64,000 bases of DNA, taken from positions 1-64,000 of the forward strand of contig JAHLWZ010000869.1 in NCBI GenBank assembly GCA_020536535.1, given 5' to 3'. The notes under the pieces were generated by a model. It ran no database searches and was not told the origin of the DNA. It worked only from the letters and a program-made list of their open reading frames with translations. Of the stretch, positions 48,269 through 59,774 are shown piece after piece. The first letter of the stretch is position 1, and every line of letters begins with the position of its first letter. The translations under genes and the position numbers were made by a program. Origin of the DNA: Pelomyxa schiedti (Eukaryota > Protista > Evosea).

Positions 48269-51200
48269 ATGTCGGGTGTGCCCTCTGTTGGGCCAACCGG
48301 CAGCAACGTGATCGTGTGGGGGAGTAACGACAAAGGACAACTTGGTGTGTCTAGCGAGGACGCCGCCGACCGGTCTCGGCTTTCGTCGCGTGACAGCAAT
48401 GCCCGGCGCAAAACCGCCACCAAACCCAAGAAACAAACCGGCCCCACAACACCCGCAACAACAGCCACAGCGACCACCGCAGCTGCCGCGCCCGGATCTA
48501 CGTCAACCAGGCTCTCCTCTTTGCCTTCGTCTTCGGCGTCGTCGTCTTCTGTGCTGCCTGTTTCCTCGTCGCCGCCGTCATCTTCGCCACTTGCTGAATC
48601 GTCCAAGTTGGCGAGGAGTGCCGTTGGGGTCCAATCCACGTTTCTAAAGACACCCACACCGCTTTCCATTGTAGAGGCCGACAGAAAGGCCCGCCGGGAG
48701 CGCGACACAAGTGGCGGAGTAATCAGTATAGACGAGGAAGTTGTGGAAGATGCCGATGAGCAGAGCCACGCACTTTTCGCTGAGCTGCTTGGTGTTGAAG
48801 ACGATGGGGGTCCTACAACTGCAGAGCCGGCTTCGAGTGAGGCGGAGGATGAAATGAAGTGGGGCAGCTTCTTACCAATCAATTTACGAACCCCGGCTGT
48901 TGTGGCAGCTTGTGGCGCGGAGTATTCCATCTTGCTGTATGGTATTACTACCAAGTTAGGAACTGCTTATGACTCGTTACAGGTGATGGCTCCGTTCTTT
49001 CATTCGGTGACAACAGCGAAGGACAACTTGGAGTTCAACCGCAACCTGTATCCTTTGGGTTGCAATCGGGAGGAAGTTCTATTTTGGCTCGAGGCACCAC
49101 CCCTACACCATCCAGTGGCCTGCGTTCCTCCACCGTCTCTGCCCTTACAGCTTCTTCGGGAGTACCTATGACAGCTTTAAGTGCAAGCCGCTCTACAGCT
49201 AGTGGAGCGGCGGCAATTGGCGCCAGTCTTAATGTAAGCAGTAGTGGTGCCCAAAGTGGACAGCGGTCACTGTTACTCCCCCAATATTCTTCAAAGACTG
49301 TAGTACCCACTGCTATTGGCTCACATTTGGGTCTATCTCATATTATTCAAATTTCTTGTGGAGAGAGTCACACTTTCGCACTTTCAGGTGGTCTCAGTCG
49401 CCCCTCATTTTTTGTCTCACATTTAACAGCAACGGGAAATTTGTATGGGTGGGGCTGGAATCGTCGAGGGCAACTAGGATTAAATAACAGAACCCGACAG
49501 AGGACCCCACAAAGAGTACTCCTTGATCCCATTTCTGCAGTGTCCTGTGGATCAGCACACACTCTTGCTTTGGCTGGTTTGTTATATTCCACTTTATTTC
49601 TCAGCTGAATGCACTCTTTCCCTTCACAGTGGATGGACAACTTTTCTCTTGGGGGTTTAATCGCCATGGACAGGCATTTATCCCTTACTTCCGTTTTTTA
49701 TGTTAAATTAAATAAATCCAGCTTGGACTGGGGCACAATAAAACTCAGCTGGCTCCTCAAGTTGTTACATTCACCTCGGAGTCAGCACCTTTAGTTTCTG
49801 TAGGCTGTGGCGGAAATTTTTCTATCTGTCTGAGAAGTATGCTTGAGATTAACTTCTGGCTGTAATATTAATTTTATTGATAGGTGATGGCACACTGTTC
49901 TCTTGGGGACTCAATGACGATGGACAACTTGGTCTGGGCCATAAGTTGACACAAATATTGTAGCATTTCCCAATTCTTACTTCATGTGCAGTGAGATGAG
50001 AAACTCTCCACAACTGGTCCCCCTTCCTGATGCAATATCATTTGCCTGTGGCTTGCGGCACACTGCTGCAATAACAAGTGAAAACCTCTGTCTTGTGAAC
50101 TTAAATAATTCTCCTCTGTAGGTGACGGAATGCTATATACCTGGGGTTACAACTTCTTTGGCCAGCTTGGCACTGGGGGTTCACCTGATTCCGTAGCAAC
50201 TTCGCCAACACTTATTCTCCTTCCAAATCAACAACCAACAGTAAATAAAGTGTCTTTATCTACTGCAGCATCTCTTCCAAGAGCTACTTCGCCTTCTCCC
50301 CTCCTATCATCAGGCCTTGGGAAAACTGTTTCCAGTCTCAACACCCCGTCACAAAGGCGTGTCTTACCAAAACCTTCTTCTGGGTGGGTTGCAGTCTTCT
50401 GTGGATATCATCATACTCTTGGCCTTACAGGTTTCTTCTCTCAGTGTTAATCAAAACTCACCAAAATAAAGCAAATCAAACACTCTATGGATGGGGTTGC
50501 AATCTCAAAGGTCAACTTGGTCTTCACCCTAAAGCAAGAGTTACAACACCAGTTCAAATTAAGAAACCTCCTTCTCTTGACACAATAATGAGCATCTCAT
50601 GTGGGAGTAACCACACGATATTAATTTTAGGTTCCAACTTGCTATTTCTTTTCCCTTGGTAACATGTGCCAGATTCTGCTGCGCATGTGATAAAAAGTTC
50701 TGAGCAACATTGTGACCTTTCCAGATGCCAACTGTCATCTTTACCAAGAGGTAATGCATCACTTTCAATAAAACTCTTATTTGACTTAATCTTATGATAA
50801 GGATTCCCCAGTCTCACTGCCCTTGCTCATTTGAATTTATCCTATAACAATTTTATCACATTTCCTGAAGAATTGAGGCAACTGTATGGAACACTACAAA
50901 CCCTGAATCTTTCATGTAACAGGCAATTTCTACAACAAAACAAAAGGGGAGCACTGACCTTCATGGAATTTAACAATATCTATTAGATAACTACCTGGAA
51001 AACCTCCCCACTGAAATTGGCAGATTTGAAGTATTGCAAGTTTTAGATGTGGGTGGATGTGTCAACTACTCAATACTTAACATAGCCTTAGGTTCAACAC
51101 AATAGACTCGCGGGCATCCCTTTTGAAATTGGTGATTGTCAAAACCTTCACACCTTGGATGTGTCGGGTAATCAGGTACTTCACGTTGTGGACACCCTCC

Positions 51201-54200
51201 TCTAACTAAACTTCTCTCAGCTTGCTTCATTACCGTACATTTTGGGTAAGCTTCTCTCACTAGAAAAGTTTGCATTGAAATATGACGATAATCCGTATGG
51301 AAAACTCACTCCTTATTGGGCTTATTTGTACCTCTTGCAGGCTGGAGATTCCACCCAACGTTCTGAGTGACAGATCGGCTCTGATACGATATCTTAATGA
51401 GCAGGGAAAATCTGGCTTAGTGAGATGGAACAGTGTAAAACTTGTGCTTGTTGGTAAAGAAAATGTTGGAAAGACAACTATAAGACGATCTTTCCAAAGT
51501 AAGCCACATGATGGGATATCCACAGGTAAATACTAAGCTCTTTGACCTATTCTGAATGTCCTATGAAGATGGCGTTGATGTCGAAGCTGTTACCATCAAA
51601 GACATACAATTTACTGTTTATGATTTTGGAGGCCAACAAATTTTCTATGGAACTCATCAGTTTTTCCTTTCCATTCGGTCACTGTATCTTATCGTATTCG
51701 ATGCAACCAGTATTGAATTGACCAATTTGGAGTTCTGGTAACTTTTATATTTTTTTAGTACTTTCCTTAAGTGGTTTTTAGGGTCAGGCAAGTGGGAAAT
51801 TCGAGTGGCAATATGTTGTCACCTGTCATATTTGTTGGAACACATACCGACCAGCTCACACCGGATGGAATTGCCGCAATAACCAAGCAAATAAATGCTA
51901 AATTCAAGCATAGGTCACAGGTACCCAGCACACCCTTTTCCTGCATGTTAAGTAGTGAAAGGTTCGCGTTGAAGGTTGTTGCATGGTGGATTCTCGAGCC
52001 CCTTCAGGAATAGTTGAACTGACCAATCTCATTGTAAAAGTCGCCATTTCTAATGGGATGCTTCGCAAAAGTGTACCAGCACGTTGGGTGACATTATCTG
52101 AGAAGATTATCAATGCAAGAAATAATATGCAAACAATGCTCTGGGGGGACTTTGTTTCTCTAGCAAGTTCATTAGACATGTCTGTTCAAGAGGCTCGTGA
52201 TGTAGCCCAGTTTTTGCACGATGTTGGAGTTATTGTTTACTGGTGGGATGCATATTCCTCTATCAGTAGTTTGATTGTTATTGATCCGCATTTTATGGCA
52301 CAGATAATGGCAACTGTTGTAAGTTTTTGATGTATTATTACCTTTTTGTTCATTGATAACCAGATAACATTTAAACCAAATTTTGTACGGGATGGCAGGC
52401 TTCAAGCTGGAGCTCTCCCTCTTCTATGGAAAAATTTTCCTCTAGAACAGCATGCCTCCATTGTACACCTTCTTGAAATGTATGGTGTACTTTTTCCACT
52501 CAAAAGCCAGACTGCATCATCTGTTTCATCAGGTGCATCAGCACTTTCTGCATCTGAAGCACCATATGTAACAGAATATCTCGTTCCTTCTCTGTTACCT
52601 GATCAGGAACCACCAGACCTTCACCGCGTTTGGCCTTCCAACAGCCCATCGTTTTTATCACAGTGGTGGCGAGTTTTATCATTCAGCTCACTGCCTCTTG
52701 GGTTTTTCCCACGGTTATTGTCACGGGTTCTTCATATGCCTGGTGCTACGCCAGTAATCTGCTGGAAGAATGGTGCTGTTATCTCTTTTCCGTCAATCAG
52801 TACAACAAGCCCCCCTCCAATTGTCACATCAGGTGGGAACACTTCAGTAACCCCACCAATCCCCCTGAGTTCTAGTGCTCAAGTTCCCTCTGCATCCCAA
52901 GTAGTTTCATTCTCGGATTTGGCTGCTGCTCCAACAGCGGCAGTGGCTGCAGCTGTTGCAGCTGCCTCTGCAGCAGCATCTGCAGTGAGTAGTGCCATTA
53001 CCAATATGCTTGGCTCTCTCACTCCTACCTCCCAAATTGTGCGTCTTGACTTCACGGCAGCAGCAGGTAGTACCTATAAATTGAATGTGCGAGTGCGAAG
53101 TGCAGAATTCTTTATCTTGCAGCAGTTGTTACATATTGTTGACAGCTGCATCACGTGTTTTTACACGCCAATTGCGTCATCAGGTGATTTGTTCTCCAGG
53201 TTGTATCTTACCCTGATCCACTTAAGTTGTAAGAAATATTGTATGCCCTCTGTGTAACCTGTCTTCTGATGGGCAACCCACATTCATGTTTTCTTATGAT
53301 GAAGTCATCGACTCTCTAACCAAAGGTGGCTCGGACTTAGTGGTTTTTTTCAACTAAACTACCAGAAGGTATTGCAATAATTCATTGCCGCGGACCACAG
53401 GACCGCCATGCACTTCTGATCAAAGATCTCGTACCTGATTTATCGATGACTTCTCATTCCGTCATCCCCAATACCCAAATTCAGTGTGACAAACTTCTTG
53501 GTGAAGGCTCTTTTGGTCGTGTTTGGAAGGCCAGCTGGTGTGGCAGGAGTGTTGCTTTCAAGGAGCTGAAACTTGAAGAGGGAGAAATTTCTTCCAAGTT
53601 CGGTGAGCTGCAAAAAGAGGCAGATATAATGATCGGGCTGGATTCCCCTTTCGTTCTGGCACTTTATGGCGTCTGTTTATCTCCTCCCGCTATGGTACTG
53701 GGTGTGTCTTTTCCCCTTCCTGTTACTTTGCGAGTGGAAAACTGACGATCACAACTCTTAAGAGTTGGCACCACAGGGAGATTTAAATAGACTTCTGCGA
53801 AAGACAAAAGATAGTAGCTTGGAAGCCACATCTGATCAGGACTATGAAACACCCCTGCCCAATCCACTGCGCGTTGCCCTTGCCCTTGATATTGCAACAG
53901 GATTAGCGTATCTGCACAGTGTATCCCCCCATCCCATTATTCACAGGTGTGTTGTGTTATTCCTCTATTTGTCTGAATCCTCTTTATCAGGGACTTGAGG
54001 TCTCCAAATTGTTTCCTTTTCAGCCTGTCCCTCAATGCACCTGTGAGAGCAAAAATTGCTGTATGCACTCATTCAAAGTACCTATCACTAATTCCAACAA
54101 AGGATTTTGGTCTATCAGAATCTTTACTTCCCAACACTGGGGGTGTCTTAAACACCTGGCAGGTTGTTCCTTGGTATTTATTAGATTTCCATAAACATAT

Positions 54201-55855
54201 TACAGTGGTTAGCCCCTGAAATTATTGATATTAATTCCCGAACTTATGATGAAAAATCTGATGTCTATTCTCTTGGGTAAAAAAAAAATTTTTTTTTTGA
54301 GCCATAACACCTCTCAGGATGGTTTTATGGGAAATTGCAGCTCGCCAGCAGCCGTTTGACGAGCTATGGGATCGGCCGGAATTCAAAACAGCGGCAGGGG
54401 ATGTCAGTGCAATAAAGGCCAAACAAGCAATTATTTCCTCTGGATTGCGTCCTACCATTCCTCGGAGTTGCCCCTTTAAGGTTCAGACTTTATACCATCA
54501 ATATGCTTTATAATACAGAATAGGAATTAATGAATCTCTGTTGGGCACATCTTCCATCCAATCGACCAAGTGCAGCACAGGCTTGTAAAATGCTACGTGA
54601 AGTACTTGAGGCCACCATAACCCAGGAACTAACCGTATCTCCTGAGGAGACCCTTCCTCAGCTCTATGTGTCTTCGGTTCAAGTGTCTGGATCACAAAGC
54701 AGCAGTATTCCTGTCCACCTTCTAACTACCTGTGAGCTCTATGTATGGTGCCTCTACAGTGATAATACTATCACGATCATGGAAGCTACACAGTGCATTC
54801 CCATTCTCACCACACCATTCCAGCAAAAGAGGCGTGAAGTTGTAGCTATTGCCGTTGCTGCTCCACACTCGCATGTTATATACTGCCTATGTGAATCTGG
54901 GATGCTTTATAGACTGGAAGTTTGCAATAGTGGTGGTCTCGCTACACAATACCTAAAAATTGATGAGTCCTCCGGGTCTTCACACCCAGAAGAGGAAATT
55001 ATCTGCAGCATTGCATTTGTCAGCTCCTCGCAACGCGATTGTGTGTGGGTCGGAACAATCAATGGACCTCAAAACTGTTGCTTGATAAACCTACGCGATG
55101 CTAGAAGTCCTATGGGAATTTATGACTGTGTGACATTTGACACAGTACACCCACCACTTTGCATGCTGCAATTACCAACCACACGAGAAAATGAAATTCC
55201 CCCAGTTTGGGTTGGCACAATAGGGTGCATTGAAGTCATTGACACTGACTCCCATCAACTAAAGGCTACACTTGGGGCTTTGGAAATTGGCTCTGGACAA
55301 GTAGTTAGCCTTGACGTGGACAAGGAGTCCAACACGGTGTGGTGCCTGGTTTCACAAGGACCATCACCTAAGGCAGGCCTAATACTTGTCTTCGACTGTA
55401 TCACTCAGTGCGTTGTACTTCAAGCATCCACCCTTCCGGAACCCAAGTTTTTATGCATTACCCCCACAATGCAGGAGCTACCTTCCCTCCATCAACACCT
55501 CCTGACCACTAAGCCTGCCAAAGCCGGATGGAAATCCGCGCTGGTGTGGTGCAGTGGAGCCCAAGCATCCATAGAGGCCTTCCATCACAGTGCACCGCAA
55601 ATAACAGCTGCCTCATTCTCCCGTAACTCCATTGGACCAACATCCCTGAAACTGACCGTAGCCGTTCCACCCACACCTCTAGGTACACTATCCACAACAC
55701 CAGAGCCCACCCCAACACCCCCAGCACTCAAAGTTTCAACCAGTTTACCACCACCATCAACAAAGCTCAACCTCACCGGAATGGTTCATGCCTCTGGCTT
55801 ATTGCTCTGCTCCACCACCAAGGGTATCACAGCGGTCACAGTCGAGAAACACTAA
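48269..55855 (+). CDS. Roco-family kinase: RCC1 repeats, LRR, ROC, COR, TKL kinase, beta-propeller-like tail
   Basis: RCC1 WG.N..GQLG repeats; LRRs (LNLSYN); ROC GKENVGKTT, YDFGGQ, VGTHTD; COR FLHDVG, LPLGFFPRL; kinase LGEGSFGRV, VAFK, HRDLRSPN, DFGLS. Confidence 0.93.
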
Positions 55856-55904
55856 AACCACCCCTCTGTAATCAATGCGGGGAATCACCCAAACACACAA
55901 ATTT

Positions 55905-58023
55905 ATGCTGCGTTCATTTGTCCCCTCGCACCTTGTCGTGCCAAGGTGTTCTGTTGCTCATTTGTGTGTGGCCAGCCACCCAGCACTGCTGCACCAAGGA
56001 CCGAAGGCGGCGCCAGGCGCACGGCCACAGCAGCATCGCAGGGACACAAGGGGGGAGGCAGGAGGCGGGGCAGCGAGGCCTCGCGAGGCAATGCGGCAGG
56101 TGGGACAGGGGGCGAGGGGGGGCGGGGCGAGGCTCCCGCTCGTGGGGCCTGGCGGGGGGCGCCTCACTTCATTCCGTGAAGTATGTTTGTTGAGGGGGAT
56201 GCGTGTGTTTTGGGGAGGCGGGGGGGGACGCTTTTTGGTTTTTGTTGTAGAGAGTGAGTGGTTGGTTGGCTTTGTGATTTGGAGGACAATTGAATGATCC
56301 AATTAGCTTGATTGTACTTTTTTTGTTCCCTTTTTGTTTGTTTGTGTTTAGGTCAACCTTGGATTGAGTGCTGAAGAGGCTATTAAAGAGGCCTCAAGGT
56401 TGGACTTTTTCATCTTCTCCTTTTTTTCTATCACTAATTTTTAAAGGTGCGCAATGTGCAAGGGCTCTCCAAGGCCATGTATGGCAAAGTGTCCAATTCT
56501 TGACTCTGACTTTCCTTCTTGTGTGTCACACATTAAACGAGGTATTGAGAAGTGATAAATGCCAGTTATAACGTTCAAAGGGGATTTTACTGAGGCACTC
56601 CGGAATCTGTTGCACCAGAATCCTTTCCCTGGTGTACTTGGGCGTGTTTGCCCTCAATTTTGCACTGTAGGCTGTGTAAAAAATCGTTGCGGGCAACTTC
56701 CAGTATCTTCCAGTTTACAAGGTCTCCTTTACTAATTAAGATCAGGTATCAATCGGTGCTTTGAAGAGAGCTGCAGCACAATACGGAGATCAAATTAAAG
56801 CAGATCCAAGATGCAAAAAACCAACTGGCAAGCGAGTAGTGGTTGTGGGGTCAGGCCCTGCTGGTTTATTGGCAGCTTATAGACTTGCTCTTGCTGGGCA
56901 TGAAGTACTTGCTAATTTTCATGTTCTTTATTAACTTTGTAAGGCTTGTATTTTGGAGAGGGACTTTATTCCTGGTGGAATGCTCACTTTTGGGATCCCG
57001 GAATTCCGCCTTCCACGCGTTGTTGTTAATCAGGTGAAATGGTATATCATTTCAATAAATTCATGAATACAGGAAATAAGCAGAATAAAGCGCATAGGGG
57101 TTCAAATTCACACAGGTGTTCAAGTGGGTGAGACACTGCCACTGAAAGAACTACAGAAAAAATTCCACGCAATTATATTTGCTTATGGAGCATACAAGTT
57201 TAAGAATATCCAACCCAATGCCCCTTATTTAATGGGTGACCTTAACACTCTTACAGCTTGAGATAGAGGGAGAATCCCTTAAAGGGGTACTTCATGCACT
57301 ACCTTTTTTGAGGCAAGTTAACTTGCAGCAATTGTCCGTTGGGGAGGTGAGCGTTTTATGGAAATTTCTAAATCAAAGGAAACCCTTTTTCATGAGATTG
57401 GAAGAAGAGTCGTGGTCATAGGAGGAGGCAGTGTTGCTATGGATGCTGCGAGAGCTGCACGGTACTCGTTTGACCCTCCACAGTTCCCTCTTTACATTTT
57501 TATTTCTAGACGACTTGGTGCAGAAGTTACTGTTATTTTTCGCGGAGCCAGGCAGATGCATAACACATAAATCAAAATTTTGACAACACCTTAGAACGGA
57601 AATGACTGCCTGGGAATGGGAAGTATCTGACGCCGAAGAGGAAGGTGTCGGATTTCACTTCAATTGTGAGCCTGTATCCATTCATGGGGACACCAAAGTA
57701 AGAATTCCGACTTCATTCACTATGTTTAATTGCAAGAAAAACACCCAAAGGTAGACTACATAAAATGCAAGCACAGAGACTCTTCTACCGAGAACCAACA
57801 ATTCCACATTCCGGCAGATACCGTTGTCAAAGCCATCAGTCAAAGCCCAGAGGCACTTTTCCCTCAACCAGCGGCACTGGCAATCGGGAATTGTGGGATC
57901 TTCACTGCCGGCGATTGTATATCCGGTCCCATGAGTCTGTGCCACGCACTGGCCAGTGCGTCGTTGGCTACAAAGGCAGCCCTCGCGCACCTCTCTGGCA
58001 CCCGTGCGTCTCAGTTGCCATGA
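55905..58023 (+). CDS. GltD/PreT/NfnB-like NAD(P)H-dependent Fe-S flavo-oxidoreductase
   Basis: [24 protein letters not shown]...[72 protein letters not shown]. Confidence 0.92.
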
Positions 58024-58256
58024 CGACAGCGAGTTTCGCATTAGAACTGAACGAGGAGGTTCTATGCCGAAATAGCAATTTCACGCAGTTGTTTTTTCTA
58101 AATCAAATGCAAATGGAACGACGCATTTATTTTGAATTTTTTTCGTTTCCTACGTCGCGACCCCCTTCGCGTCTACCAAATAATCCAAAGCAAAGTACCA
58201 AGTCCTCGGCACCCACAGCCAACAAATAACAATCGCTTTTTCGAACCCATAACGAA

Positions 58257-59533
58257 ATGTCTACAACCGATAGTTGCAGTTGCACCGCCACGACCCCCGA
58301 GGCGCCCACAACAACAACCCCGGCTCCCGTCGCCGAAACAACAACACCGACTCCCACAATTGCACCAACAACCCCTGCGGCCCCCGCTGAGCAACCCGAG
58401 AAAAAGTGCGAGTGTTGTGAGCACACCCCAAGCACCGAAACACCTGCCGTCGTCGCGGCTACCCCGAAGACCGAGGAGGCCCCAAAGACTGAGGAACCAA
58501 AAGTAGAAGCTCCTGTGGTGGAAACAAAACAGGAAGAATCCAAAGAATCAACATCACCATCAACAGCAACAATTACTCCAATAGTAGAAACAGCAACTCC
58601 CACACCTACAACTGCAGCAGCTCCTCAGCCTGAGGACGATGATGTCCCTGACCTGGAGGATCCCACTTTGGCAAAGCCAAAGGAAGACGAAAAAATCGGT
58701 GGGTTATATCTATCTAAAATGCTTAAGTCAATTCAATAAAGTAACACTAAGAAAATAATAAGAGGTTGAGAGGGTAGTTCTGTTCTGTATGTAACTCCAC
58801 TACAGAGGCTGCACAGACCAAGAAACAGAGCAGAAGTGAGAAAAAGTCCAGACAGGCCGTTGCCAAGCTCGGTCTCAAGCCAGTACCCAATGTCACTCGA
58901 GTTACCATGAAGCGTGCCAAGAACGCCATGCTGGTAATCATCAGCCCCGAGGTATTCAAGGCACCAACCTCCGACACCTACGTTATCTTTGGAGAAGCCA
59001 AGATGGAAGACACTTCCAACACAGCTGCATCCAATGCAGCCAAGGAGATTGAGAAGGCAGCCCGCGCTGCCGGAGTCGTCCCTCCCTCCACAACCCCAGC
59101 AGCAACAACCCCAGCTTCTACAACCACTCCCGCAACCACCACACCAGCTCCTGCCCCCGAAACCACAACTACAACCACCACAACCACTACTACAACTCCG
59201 GCAACACCGGAAGCTACCACTCCAGTGGAAACACCTGCTGTTGCAGAAACACCTGCAACCCCTGCCACCCCTGCAACGCCAGCAGCACCAGCAGCACCTG
59301 GTAAGTTCTATTTCTTCTTCTTGCCTTTTCAGCTCACAGACTCCTAGTTGAAGACGAAACGGGTCTTGAGGCCTCTAAGATTCAAACTGTTATGGATCAG
59401 GCCAAGGTCGACAGAGCCACAGCAATTCGCGTCCTTCGCGAGAAGAAGGGAGACATGGTCGAAGCTGTCATGGTATTTTCCATTTCACTGTGCACTTATC
59501 TTTGCTAACTTTTTTGGATAGTCCCTCTCATAA
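58257..59533 (+). CDS. NACA: Nascent polypeptide-associated complex subunit alpha with T/P/A-rich expansions
   Basis: DDVPDLE, KQSRSEKKSRQAVAKLGLKPV..VTRVT, PEVFKAPTSDTYVIFGEAKMED and UBA IQTVMDQAKVDRATAIRVL...GDMVEAVM. Confidence 0.95.
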
Positions 59534-59774
59534 GCCCATCCGCGTTTATACGGTTTTATTTGACTCCGGAAAAATAACACCAGCAGCACACTTCCGTACT
59601 CTTTGTCGAAACAGAATTTAACAGAATTACCATTTCAGTTTCTTCTTGTGTTGGCGAAAACGAAAAAGACTGATGAACCTGTGTGATTTGTCCTTGTGGT
59701 CAAATTGTTACCACAAGGACACCCCAATCGCTAAATTTCCCACGAGGAATCAACAAAGAGAGATTCGCATAAAA

